Of a DNA stretch of 64,000 nucleotides, positions 1 to 13,502 are shown piece by piece. Below the pieces are notes generated by a model. That model saw only the letters and a list, made by a program, of their open reading frames with translations. It was not told the origin of the DNA and searched no databases. Each line of letters starts with the position of its first letter. The stretch's first letter is position 1. Location: assembly GCF_006345805.1 (NCBI RefSeq), contig NC_043001.1, positions 80,476,001 through 80,540,000 of the forward strand. Direction: 5' to 3'. A program made the translations under genes and the position numbers. The DNA comes from Octopus sinensis (Eukaryota).

Positions 1-8
1 ACGCTCTC

Positions 9-1838
9 GTTTCTTTATTTGGCACTACGGCTGCAACATAGAAAAGGACACTACAAGGACAGACACAACACCACAGTGGGGACACAAAACATAAAATGAA
101 TGAAAATGAGATGTTATATAAAAATGAAAAAATGAAATGGCTGCATGGGCCCCACTCCTATGCAGTACCATATGAACGTTTATATAAACTCTTTACAGTC
201 GTTCTATTTTTCTTATTGTTTTTTTTTCTCAATCATCATTTTTATCTCTTTAAAAAAAATGAAACAATTCAACTTTTCCTTTTTTACAAAACAATTTACT
301 TGTTTTTCTTTTTAATACCTCATGAAAGCTTCTATATCTTTTAGCTCCACTACTGGTGGCAATTCGTCGAACTCCACCAACACTCCTCGCGGGCCAATCC
401 CGCTTCCACACGTCTTTTAGTCTGTTGTGTCTGTCAACCACGATGGCCTTCACATTCTTGGAATACACATCCGTGGGTAACTTCACCCTTATGATATGTT
501 TAAATTTTAAAACTTCCCTTTCAGTTTCTTTGCTTTTCGTGTACGTCACGAAATTCCATCGAAACTTACCTCTTTGTTTTCTCTTTTCATCCTCCACTCC
601 TGGTTCCTTCTTTTCTTCCTCCGCTCTGAACAGTCTCTCCATTTCACCCTCGTACACTAGCACTCCTGCATCTCTTTCCTCCACTGGAACAACCAGTGTC
701 TTCACCACTGTCTCCTCCTTATGTAACTCCTCGAACACTTTCAATTTCTTTTTCACTTTCTTTATCCACCACCATTTTGTCTTCCTTCTGGTCACAACCT
801 CCATTTCTACCTCTTCTTTTTCTGCTTCTCTGGCGGAGGGCTCACTCTCCCATTTCTCTTTATTTTACCACTGTGAATTCGTCCTCCGTTACTTTCTCAT
901 TTATCTCGACCTGTACCACTTGGTTCGCACTCTCCTGCCTCTCCGTCTGCTGTATTTGTTGTTCTCTCTCGGGGCAGGTCGCCTTCATATGGCCCTTCTC
1001 CCCACATATAAAACATATAGGCAGCATGCCCTTCACCACCACTCTCAATCTTAAATCATCCGTTTGAACTATCTCTTGAACAATTCGGTTTAAATCTTCC
1101 TCTGTTGCTTGGACGGTTAGCTCAATTCCGTATCCCCAGTAGTTTATCCTTTGGGTCCTTGTGGCCTTCAGTATTTTGGCCTCCTCATTCATGTTATACA
1201 TTATGGCTGACATCAGCCATGTTTCTTTCAGTTCTGGGGACACTTTGCCAACACGCACTCTGGCCACACATTTGCCACAGTACGATGGCAAAAGCACCCA
1301 TTCCCCCAATCTTATTGCCTCCGTGGTGTGCTTGATTGCGCCCTCTTCTGATGCAAAGCGTACCGCCACAGTTGCGTACTTTCTCTCTCGTTGTAAACGT
1401 GGTTAGTTTTTTTAATATTCTTTAAACACTCTTCAATCGCCTCAATTGTTGCTGTGTTTATCTTCCTTGTTTCTATCTTCATTGTCTTGTACATCAGTCC
1501 TTTTCGTTACATTGGTTGTTAATTTCACAGGCGGCATTAACTTCAGTGTATCTCCGTCTCTTTCCAGCAACGTCTCGCATTCCTTCATTTTTAGTGGTTC
1601 CACCTTTACTTCAATTATCTCCAGCGTTTCCGCGTCTCTCCCTTTTCCAGTTGCAACTGCATAACTGTGGCCACCTGTTGGCGCTTTCTCTATTTTTCCT
1701 ACAATAGGAAAAAAAAACAATTCAAAATAACAATAGCAACAATTTAAACAGTAACAATCAATGAAACAAATATTTAACACTGACTTACGTTTAACACGAC
1801 AAAAACACTTACGAACAACTCAAACCGCCTGTACCAAA
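9..1838 (-). mobile_element. ORF1-only (gag-like) non-LTR-type element, copy A; frameshifted L1/Tx1-like ORF1
   Basis: Minus ORFs 1442-1780, 860-1369 and 250-804 join across frameshifts into one protein: KYATVAVRF...LPSYCG...CFICGEKGHMKATC (CCHC knuckle at 974-1015), a charged linker and a C-terminal segment. AATAAA lies at 14-19 on the minus strand. No EN or RT motif between the ORF and the 3' end. ACGCTCTC at 1-8 and 1839-1846 may be a partial TSD cut by the window edge. Confidence 0.75.
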
Positions 1839-2407
1839 ACGCTCTCTCCGACTATTACTGACCACTACTCCTTATAAGTGTTCGGCTAGTACTTTCATCC
1901 CCCAGGAGTGTCAATGACTCTCGCCACAACATTTTCCCCTTTGAGATTGACTTCCCTTAAAAGTTATTATTATTTATTTTTCTAGTATCTTTCACAAAAT
2001 ATCGGCCTTTTCACATAGTATCGGACTGGAAATTGAAATATGGAATTTAAATTTCAATTTCTTTTTTATGTCGTTACATTTATATCCTGATGACTCGTTT
2101 CCGGATGTTGTAACGTAATTGTAACTCGACTCTGAAGTAGTATTGTTCGTTTCTTGCACACAGCACTCGTTTTTCTTTGTACTAAGCACTTTTGTTAGCA
2201 CCTTTGTTTTTCGTTGTATTAAGCACTCTTGTTTTTAGGTCGAACGGACTTCAGTGCGATTTTTAAACCCCAACAAGACATTTCTAGCTCTTACTGACTT
2301 GCCGCCTTTTCACGGGACATGATAAGTATTTTACTGGTGGTACCTTGAACTGCCGAGCGCGCAAACTTCTACCAAATTTCACCAATTTCTCGATGTCCCC
2401 GTGCATA

Positions 2408-2516
2408 CAAGTTGTAATGGGTTACATTTTACCAGTAGCTCCCAAAAAGCAACTTGACTAGTGCCACAGATTGTACTGGGTTACACCTCACCAGTAGCGC
2501 CCAAGAGCGACCTGAC
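2408..2516 (-). repeat. Two tandem ~50-bp copies of the RTE 5'-leader motif
   Basis: Reverse complements GTCAGGTCGCTCTTGGGCGCTACTGGTGAGGTGTAACCCAGTACAATCTGT and GTCAAGTTGCTTTTTGGGAGCTACTGGTAAAATGTAACCCATTACAACTTGT align to the start of the RTE at ~54252-54301. Confidence 0.6.
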
Positions 2517-3240
2517 CTTGTAGTGAGGTAGGCATTATGACTCTATGCATACATAAGCACATTATCACATATCGAATACAATTTCGAAACCGCGTTACGT
2601 CCACCTAGTCGTTTTTTTTTTTATTTGTTTCTTCTGATCTCACTATTTTTTTCATTTTTGTGATAAACTCGTCCGTCTCTACCTTAATGTTTATTTCCTC
2701 CAATATCACAGGCAATTCACGCAAAACATTGCACAATATATTTTTCTTTCATTTTCAGCTTTTAACGCCGCTATCGCTATGTCTTCTAGTGGGTCACTGT
2801 ATTTTGGTTTTAGCCTTGACAGACTATCTGCATGTCCCAAATAAATTTGTATTTTTCAGCACAAAAACTTTGTCTCTCAAAGTTTTTCCACGAAATGTAA
2901 CATCACTTATTTCGCCTATAAAATGCAATTTTTTTCCTGAAACACCGAGCAGTTTTGGAAGTTTCCTTTAATCTAGGTTTCCCTATCTTTCTCCATGTGT
3001 CTGTATTGATTATCGTGATATCACTGCCTGTATCCAATTGTAACTCGACATTCGCGTTATTCATTTTTACGGACAAATTTTCTGAGCCTCGCTTAGAATT
3101 ATTTTAGCAATACGTTTTTTCTAGAATTTTGTTTGACCCCTTTTTTTTTCGCTTTACAACGACCCACACAGGGATAACATGTATTGCAATCTCAGGGTCA
3201 GAGTCGCTATGGGAACTTAGGAGTCCACATGAGTAATGTT
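2517..3240 (-). mobile_element. Ty3/Gypsy (K02A2.6-like) LTR retrotransposon remnant: protease fused to the post-RNaseH/integrase N-terminal region
   Basis: Manual translation across frameshifts: RKFV-VKMNNANVELQLDTGSDITIINTDTWRKIGKPRL (aspartic protease D-T-G at ~3027-3038)...KVFVLKNTNLFG, then directly GHADSLSRLKPKYSDPLEDIAIAALKAENE...LCNVLRELPV...SICDNVLMYA*RVIMPTSLQ. Confidence 0.8.
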
Positions 3241-3719
3241 GCATCATATTACATGATGGTCGAACTTAATAGCACCACATATCTAAGTTTTATATAAATA
3301 TATGCATATATACATGCATATATGTACATACCTACATATATATGTATATATACATGCATATATGGGTACAGGACATAAAAAAAAACGTGGACAACAATGA
3401 GGAGAGTAGATGAAACAGGGACAACTGAAGAAGGGAAATATTCCTTGTGTTGTATGTCTTGTACTGTTTTTTTTGTTGTTTGAAAAAAGCTCGTGTCTAT
3501 GTTTTTATTTTTATGTTTTCGTTTTTCATTGTGTTCCACGTTCTTTTGATGTTTTGTACCCATACATGCATGTATATATATATATAGGAGGTATGTACAT
3601 ATATGTATGTATATATGCATATATATATTATTTATATTATTATATGATCGAACGCCACGCATCCTTTTCCAAGTAAGTTTTATCTCTCTCTCTCTCTCTT
3701 TCACTCTTTCTCTCTCTCA

Positions 3720-3765
<46 letters not shown>

Positions 3766-3829
3766 CTAATATATACACACACACAGAGAAACAGAGAGAA
3801 ACAGAGAAACACACACACACACGCATAGA

Positions 3830-4030
3830 TATAGATGTCTGTCATGTGTTGTGTTTGCCCACTCCACAGCTTCGCACCCAGTGGTGGTTTGTTTGCGTCC
3901 CCGTAAGTTAGGATTTCGACCAAAGAAACCTATAGAAATAGTAAGAGACTGCGATCAGTTAAACCCTTCGAAGTGATGCCCCAGTTTGGCTGCAGTCCAA
4001 TGACTGAAACAAATATACGACAAAAAGTTA
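3830..4030 (+). mobile_element. SINE 3' half (decayed)
   Basis: Matches the 3' half of the SINE at 42928-43326 (GTTT.CGTCCCCGTAA...CAGTC.AATGACTGAAACAA). Confidence 0.6.
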
Positions 4031-4214
4031 ATGAGTGTGTATGTGTCTGTGTGTTTGTTTGTGTGTGTGGTGTGTGTGTGTGTGTGTGTGTGTGTCCGTT
4101 CTCATGACAAGCGATATATACCGACATATGTCATGTTGTGTATAAACAACCATATGGTATTTCAATAAACCTCTGCAAATCACCAGCGAAAGGTCAGCCC
4201 TGAATTCTGTCAGC

Positions 4215-5443
<1,229 letters not shown>

Positions 5444-5446
5444 GTG

Positions 5447-5502
5447 TGAAAGAAGGTTTGAAAATGCAATCTTTTAAAATTGCATTTTCAAACCTTCTTT
5501 CA
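5447..5502. repeat. Perfect 24-bp inverted repeat with 8-nt loop
   Basis: TGAAAGAAGGTTTGAAAATGCAAT (5447-5470) / ATTGCATTTTCAAACCTTCTTTCA (5479-5502). Confidence 0.9.
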
Positions 5503-5679
5503 TATATAATTCCACTCGTGCGGTACCTTACAACTTCCCTTTGTTTATTATATATATATATTATATATATACTGTTGTGTCTGGGTAGAGTCATTCTCCT
5601 TTAGTGCCTTATAATTTAACACACTCACCGGTAAAATTTCCACTCAATTACTTATTTATTTTACTTTGCCCATCTTATT

Positions 5680-6440
5680 TATTTCAGTCTATCCATCTAT
5701 AGACATTGATTTTACTGTGTAGAAATGCATTGATGTAATCTGTGAGAGTGAAGTAGAGTTCCGTAAAATCAACACGAGGGAACTGAGCCTCTCCCTTTGA
5801 CAAACTACAACAATGACTGTTTAGACGACCATGACCTCGATAGATTCCGTCCTACAAGGTCGCAGAGGCGAAGACCACTCACCATCATCTCAGCAGTGAA
5901 GAAAAGCACCGCAGAGCGCTACAGTGGTTGAACAGTACCCACCCAAGACCCTGAGAACAAGATTCATGTGAAATGAATGCTTGCACATGCAATAGGGGCT
6001 TGTGTAAGAACCACCTTGAAAAACCACATAGTAAAGTTTAACAAGAAACTATACTTCCAAATTCAAGGTGCAGTCATTGGTGTCTGTGTAGCTGGAGATG
6101 TGACCTGTCTCTTCATGAACTGGTAGGACAGAAATCTTAATGAATCCTTAGCAGAACTGTCCACAACTCTTCTACTTTATAGTACGTATGTAGATGACAT
6201 TAATATCATAGTTAAGACCAACGCTAGTAACGGTAATGTAGTAACTGAGAGGAACATAATGGAAAGCATCCAGCAAATAACTCCATCCACCAAAGTACCA
6301 ACGTAACTATAAATTAGCCCACTAGGCACGCCGGAAATAAACTCCTCGTCCTTAATACTAACCCTAACCCTAATACACGGAGAATGAATAAAACGCCATG
6401 CTCCTGAAACAGGTGTTACATGAATCGAACTGTTGTCGCC
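5680..6440 (+). mobile_element. Penelope-like element reverse transcriptase remnant (pseudogenised)
   Basis: Manual translation: SLYPSIDIDF...LAHAIGACVRTTLKNHIVKFNKKLYFQIQGAVIGVCVAGDVTCLFMNW*DRNL...LYSTYVDDINII...MESIQQI; YVDD motif at ~6187-6198. Confidence 0.75.
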
Positions 6441-6734
6441 CATTCTTATCTTTTTATTGTTTTTATTTACCGCATGTTATACACAACTAATATTACTACT
6501 GGAATTGGTGCCGTGGAGTTCTTGTTATCTTTAAATAATCGCTTTTAATTTTATAAGGAAATGAAGAAATATTATTAATTGATTTAATTAACTGTTTAAA
6601 CTGATTAATTCATTAATCTTCCCAGTGTAAACTAATAGCCAACATGCTGGAAACTACTGATTAATAACCACGATCGACATGACCCAAACCAACTGATATG
6701 TGTGTGTGTATGTGTGTGTGTGTGTGTGTGTGTG

Positions 6735-6767
<33 letters not shown>

Positions 6768-7149
6768 CTAGATACAAACAAAGATTTACATGGGTATTTC
6801 CACATGGGTGAATATGAATTTAAAATTATTCATACTCAAGTATTCCTATGATCAAAGAGGTGCCAACCACGACTATACCTTTCAATCATCTACGACTATA
6901 TATATATCCAATGTTTTTATCCATTTTTTAAATAATAAGAATGTTTTGAAGAGATTTGATTTCTATTTCCAAGAGTGACTACATGGAGGATTATTTTACT
7001 TTTTGTGTTGTTAGTTTTTCTTATCTCTGTTCCTTTCCGGGACAACTCAGCACTAATATATCAAAGATGTTCCCGCCGTGACCATCTCATCTTTATTTTC
7101 AAAACCATTGTATTTGAGATTACATTATCAACTATAGTCATCATTATTA

Positions 7150-7560
7150 TCGTCGTTGTTGATTTTTGTTATTGTTGTTCTCTTCGTTTTTCTTGTCAAA
7201 ATTGTTGTTCTCGTTGTTGTTGCTGCTGTTGCTGCTACTGTTGTTGTTTTTGTTGTTGTTGTTGCTGTTGCCATTTTTTGTTGTTGTTTACGTCATCGGT
7301 TTTGTTATTGGTGTCGTCTTCGTTGTTCGTGTCAACATTATTGTTTTTGTTGTTGTAATAAAAATATTGTTGTTATTGCCGCTGGGATTGCTGCCGTTGT
7401 TGTCGTTGCTGTTGCTATTGTCGTTGTTACTGATATTGCTAGTGCAGTTATTGCTGCTGCCGTTGTTTTTATTGTTGTTGTTGTTGTGGTTGTTGCTCCT
7501 CGTGAGGCTGTTGCTGTTCACGTTGTCGTTGTTCTTCTTCTTCTTGCTATTGTTGCGAGT
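7150..7560. repeat. Degenerate (GTT/GCT)n trinucleotide tract
   Basis: Direct inspection; the overlapping ORFs are low-complexity artefacts. Confidence 0.9.
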
Positions 7561-7948
7561 AATTCATATGTTTCAATTAGTTATAAATTTGAGCAACTAT
7601 AGCACATGAACAACAGAGATGCACACAGAGACACAAACGGACAGACAAACGGACGAAATGTCAGCCAAAATGAGAGAACTACAGACAGACAAATCACTGA
7701 CAGAACACGTGAAGTATGTTCAGAGTCAGACAGACAAACGGACAGCGAGGTCGATAGACGCACGGAGGAACGGACGGACGGACGGACGGATGATATAAAT
7801 GTGAAATAAAGAGGCGGTACAGAAAAGCTGTTGGATACAAAGTGTGTGATAACGTCTAAGAAATGTCAGCCATTACTTTTGATAGAAACAATGTAGACGC
7901 CATTGCAAGAAGATAACGCTGGAATAAAGACGGGAGGAATGTAGTGAA

Positions 7949-7999
<51 letters not shown>

Positions 8000-9866
8000 A
8001 AGAGAGAGAGGGAGACAGAGAGAGAGAGGGGGGGAAAGAGGTAGTATCGTAGACAGAAAGACACAGGCAATGAGAAAGAGAGGAATTCGGAAATTGAATG
8101 AGAAAAATTGTCAGATAGTGAAAGAGAGGTAATAATGGAAATAGAGAGAGATGGAGACAGACAGCAAGAAAATTCGGATGATATTTGGAGAAAAAATGAA
8201 AGGAACAGTGACAGAGAGGGTTGAGACTGAGTGAGATAGATAGACAGACAAAAAGACAGATTGATGTATAGATACAAAATTGATAGATTGATCGATAGAT
8301 ACTTAGGTGGGTAGGCAGATAGAATTACAGATACACAGATAGATGGATGGATACATATATAAATTGATAGATTGATCGATTGATCGATAGAGAGAGAGAG
8401 ATAAACATATAGATAGACATATAAAGATTGAAACACACAGCAAAAGGAAAGTGCGTTTATGAGAGAAAAAAAAGAAAAGACTGAGAGAGAGAAGGAGTAA
8501 AGAATGAGAGAAGCAGACAGACAGATAATGAAAGGGAGGTGGATATAAGGATAGAGAGCGATAGCGATAGACAAAGATCAACATAACAGAAACAGACAGA
8601 TAGACAGCCAAAGGAAAGGATGATATTAGAGAAAGAAAAAAAGAGACAAACAGAAACAGAGAAGGGGAGATAGAATTAGAAGAGGGGTTTACGAATGGCT
8701 GCTGTTAGACATCAAAGCTTTGGCTAGTATTTAAAACACTTGCCAACTCGCGGGCATTTGGAATTGCGCCAAATATCAATCCACCATCGCTAACACCATC
8801 GCCATCACTGTAATCATCTTCTAATTTGCACGTTCACCATCACACGCGCCGCTGACGACGACGCCGCCACTACTGCTGCTGCTGCTGCTCTAGTTGTACA
8901 TTATTAGTTTCATTAATTCTTCACTTTGTTCATTCCATTTAAGTTTTAGCCATTACACCAAACTTCATTTACGTAGATACACATAAGCGTAAAAATGTCT
9001 GTATATACGCACACGTGTGTGTGTGTGTGTGTGTGTTTAGGCTGGGTGGTAAGGAAACTCGCTTTGCAATCAAGTGGTTTCGAGTTCAGTTCAACTGCGC
9101 GGCAGCCCGGGCAGAACAAATTTTTCTGAGTGGATATTGTGAACGGAAACTGAAGAAGCCTGTCGTGTGTGTGTGTGCGTGTGTGTGTATGTGTGTGGTG
9201 TGTGTGTGGTGTGTGTGTGTGGTGTGTGTGTGTGTGTGTGCGTGCGTGCGTGTATACATATATATATATAATTCATATGACAAGGGCACACGAATGTGCC
9301 TGCCTGTTAGACATAAGAGCAAAATCCCTCATTAAACCACCAATAATAACACTGAAAATAACAACAGAAAACAAAAGTATTCGGAGAAATGGATCGAGAA
9401 AGTCTTTCACATACCCATGTAGCAGAATGCTATATAATTCTTGGTATTATATACATGTCGTCCGGTTTCTGGTTTAACATAAATCCTACCTTCATCACAT
9501 GTCGACCATTTGAAAAATCTTCCCAATCCGCTACATTGAAATCTGTTGGCCCTCTGAATTGTTTTGCGCCAAATCAGAGCAGCTTCAATTGTATGGTTAT
9601 ATAATGCTAATTTAGGCCTGCAACCATTCATATTAGTATTGCTGTTATTACTAATTATTTATATTGCCATTGCTCTTGATAATAATAACAATAATATTAT
9701 CTGTATAAATATTCACTCCTGAATATTTGTTCCGTATTGAAATTTAAAATATATATATATATACAAGATAAGAAAATGGAGAAATACAACTAAATCAAAT
9801 ATCAATTACCAGATAATACTCAATCACATACTTTATTAAACCACCACATCTCAATTTTATATATAT

Positions 9867-10048
<182 letters not shown>

Positions 10049-10081
10049 TATTTACATACATGCATGCATACATATATACAT

Positions 10082-10124
<43 letters not shown>

Positions 10125-10129
10125 TAAAT

Positions 10130-10720
10130 TAGAGGCAAATCAAACAATGAAAAACTTAAGCCAATACATAAGAGATTATTAATTTATATTATTTAAATAT
10201 ATAACAAAATTATTAAAAAATATAATTAATATCACACTACGATAGTCATTTTAAATATTTATGTAATTAGATATAGACTAATATTGATATTAGATTATGG
10301 GTTTTCTACCTTATAAATTAAAGTTAATATTTAACGTTATAGTCGATTTCGATATAATCATATTTAATAATAGAGTTTATTATAAGTAAAATTATTATAT
10401 TATATATATTATTTATATCTTAAAAATATTGATTATATGTTAGATATTTAAACCACCTGATGAATGACTGCGACTCAAAAATGTGAAGAAGTTAGCAGGC
10501 ATGAAACGATCGTAGTGTGATATTAATTATATTTTTTTAATAATTTTGTTATATATTTAAATAATATAAATTAAATAATCTTATGTATTGGCTTAAGTTT
10601 TTCATTGTTTGATTTGTCTAATAGTGGTTTTGTCTCTAATTTAATATTATTTTACTATAAAATTGGATTCAATCCTAAATCTGATTTTTCCCTGTAAGTT
10701 TGGATTTATTCCCTAATATT

Positions 10721-10727
<7 letters not shown>
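10130..10727 (+). mobile_element. Fold-back Penelope-like derivative with hammerhead motif
   Basis: ~10130-10243 is the inverted copy of ~10508-10622. The 3' tail (TTGTCTCTAA...TAAAATTGGATT.AATCCTAAATCTGATTTTT) is shared with 47510-47605. Confidence 0.75.
10454..10517 (+). ncRNA. Minimal type I hammerhead ribozyme motif
   Basis: cac-CTGATGA(10457-10463)-atgactgc...gcaggcat (stem II, 7 of 8 pairs)-GAAA(10503-10506)-c gatc-GTA|gtg. Palindromic stem III ACGATCGT; predicted cleavage after 10514; stem I only 3 bp. Confidence 0.75.
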
Positions 10728-10790
<63 letters not shown>

Positions 10791-10809
10791 GCATACATAC
10801 ATACATACA

Positions 10810-10840
<31 letters not shown>

Positions 10841-11005
10841 CTGTATGGGCAGTAGAGGTCTGTCCTAGATATATATATATATATAAGGCTGATTACTAAG
10901 GCCGGTCAGAGAGTGACTATTGGTTTCGCACCTCGCCTATAAAGCGTTTAGCTGTGTAGGCGACGCATCAGGCCCAATTGGCCGGAGACATATAACTTTT
11001 ATAAT

Positions 11006-12584
11006 GATGCGTTCCAACCGTATCCATCCCGCCCTCTGTTAGAATGTCTACGACAGCTAAGTACATTATCTAATTCATCCATTCGGATTCTGAAGCTGTT
11101 AGGGTGTGCATTGAGGATTATGTCTTGATCACACTATGGAGCTCTATACGATAGATCACGTGCTAGAGCAGACACCAAGGCATCTTTAGCCTTTTGTTAA
11201 GTGGAATTGTAGTTGAACTGAAAGAGGGGTTCCATGAAGCAGTATTAGCAATTTTCCCAATTACCTATCAGCATGAGGGAAACCATTGCTTTGCCGCACG
11301 ACAGACGAGAAAAAACAACCAAATCTCTTCGAAATAAGACATAGTATTGCCACATGAATAATGTTTTCCTAGTTACACTATGTTTGGGAAAAAGAGACGG
11401 AATGGAATTGCAGGAATGGTTTGTTTTCTGTTGAGCTTTTTGTGGTGGTGTTGGGGGCGGATTCTGCTCGAAGTGGGCTAGCCTGAGGGTAAACACCAAT
11501 AAGGTTAATGCAGAAAAGATAGCCATGAAGCGTCACGTCAAGAAAATCTACAGAAAATAACAATAACACTATAACTACGATTAGAACAACATTTACAGCA
11601 TCAGTAATACAGAAAACAATTATATCATGAAGAATATTAGCGACAACAAGATTAGCAACGGCACCAGAGGAACCGACAAGAACAGTAGCAACAAGAAAAG
11701 TAACAACAACGACATAAGCGGTGACATTAGAAACGACATTAGCAGCAATATTAGCAATAACAACAGCAGCAGCACCAACAACAACATTAGCGACAAGAAA
11801 ACTAGCAACAATGCCAATGGGAACAACAACGACATTAGCAGAAACATTAGAAATAAGAGCAACAATATTAGCAATAATAACAGCAGCAGCACCAATAACA
11901 GCATTAGCAACAAGAAATGTTGCGACAGAAATGTTAGCAACAGCGGCATTAACCGTAACGTTAGAAACAACAGCAAGAATATTAGCAATAACGACAGCAG
12001 CAGTACCGACAACAACATTAGTAACCAGAACGGTAGCAACAAGAACAGTAGCAACAAGAAAAGTAGCAACAACAACATTAGCAGTAACATTAGAAATAAC
12101 AGTAACAATATTAGCAATAACAACAGCAGCACCACCAACAACAACATTAGCAACAAGAAAAGTTGCGACAACAGCGTTAGCAACAACGGTATTAAGAGTA
12201 GCGTTAGAAACAACAGCAACAATATTAGCAATAACAATAGCAATAGCACCATTGACAAGAACATTAGCAACAAGGACATTAGCAACAAGAAAAGTTGCAG
12301 CAATGCCATGTGTAGCAATAACAGTAGCACTACAAACAACAATAGCAGCAAGAGCAGTAGTACCAACACCAATAACAACAACAACGTTAGAAATAATAAC
12401 GAAAGCAATTATGAACCAACAAGGATGCTTCTACGTAGTAACATACCCTGCTCAAAATAGCCGCTAACATAATCCTCAATGCACACCGTAACAGCTTCAG
12501 AATCAGAATGGATTAATTAGATAATGTACTTTGCTGTTGTAGACATTCGTACCGAGGGCGGGATGGGTACGGTTGGAACGCATC
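11006..12584. repeat. ~118-bp dispersed repeat in inverted orientation at 11006-11123 and 12467-12584
   Basis: GATGCGTTCCAACCGTA.CCATCCCGCCCTC...GTACATTATCTAATT.ATCCATTC.GATTCTGAAGCTGTTA.GGTGTGCATTGAGGATTATGT is present on both strands. Confidence 0.8.
11627..12440. repeat. (AAC/AGC)-derived minisatellite, ~110-130-bp unit, about 6 copies
   Basis: Recurrent TTAGAAA...AATATTAGCAATAA...AGCAGCACC...CATTAGCAACAAGAAA; two plus frames and one minus frame stay open. Confidence 0.8.
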
Positions 12585-12939
12585 GTAAATTTGCACGATC
12601 GGGATGGCCTGGAGCTAAACAATAATAATAATAACAACAGCCACCAGACGCCGCAACAACAATTAAAACATCGATACATGAACAAGTATTCAAACTGACC
12701 TAGAGCTACGCAACAACATCAACAACAACGCCAACAACAATAACAGCAAGAAAAACAACAACAATAACGATAGCAACCGCAACAGCAGCAAGAACAGCAG
12801 TTACTGCACCACCACAAGCAACAACAACAACAATAACAAGCTAACATAGCTCTCTTCAGCTAATCTGTATAAAGGAAAAAAAAACAGTATCAAGTTTTAT
12901 TTTTTCATTATTATTTTCTCCTTAGTCTAGCCATATTGA

Positions 12940-13470
12940 TTTGTCTCTCGAGACTGATCATTATTACCATCATCATCATCTTTATCATCATCATCATCAT
13001 CATCGTTGTCGTCTTCGTCGTCCTCATCGTCCTCATCATCAATATCATCATCGTCGTCGTCTTCATCATTATCTTCATCGTCGCCACCGCTACCGCCATT
13101 ATCTTCCATTTAGACGATTGTCGTCATCCTTACCATCATCATCACAATTAGCCTAATTACTGACGTTATCATTTCCGCCAACAAACCACTAACCTCTTTA
13201 CCAAAATCATAATCATTAACCTCAACATCATCATCATCATCATCACCATCGTCATCATCGTCATCATCATCATCATCGTCATCATCTCCAAAACCAATTA
13301 ACCACCACCATCACCACTAACGCGACCACAATCATCATCATTAATGTCACCATCTTGACTACAGGAATCATCACCATCATCATCCTTACCAACAGCAGTA
13401 CACCAATCATCATCATCGTCGTCATGATCATCGTCGTCATCATCATCATCCTCATCATCATCACCACCAA

Positions 13471-13502
<32 letters not shown>

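Noticed and set aside
356-1054. 232-aa hydrophobic plus-strand ORF (apparent membrane protein)
   Set aside because: It is the antisense shadow of the purine-rich ORF1-like sequence on the minus strand.
9450-9600. Minus-strand peptide QFRGPTDFNVADWEDFSNGRHVMK ending at AG|GT
   Set aside because: No polypyrimidine tract or acceptor, no recognisable homology, and stops flank it closely.
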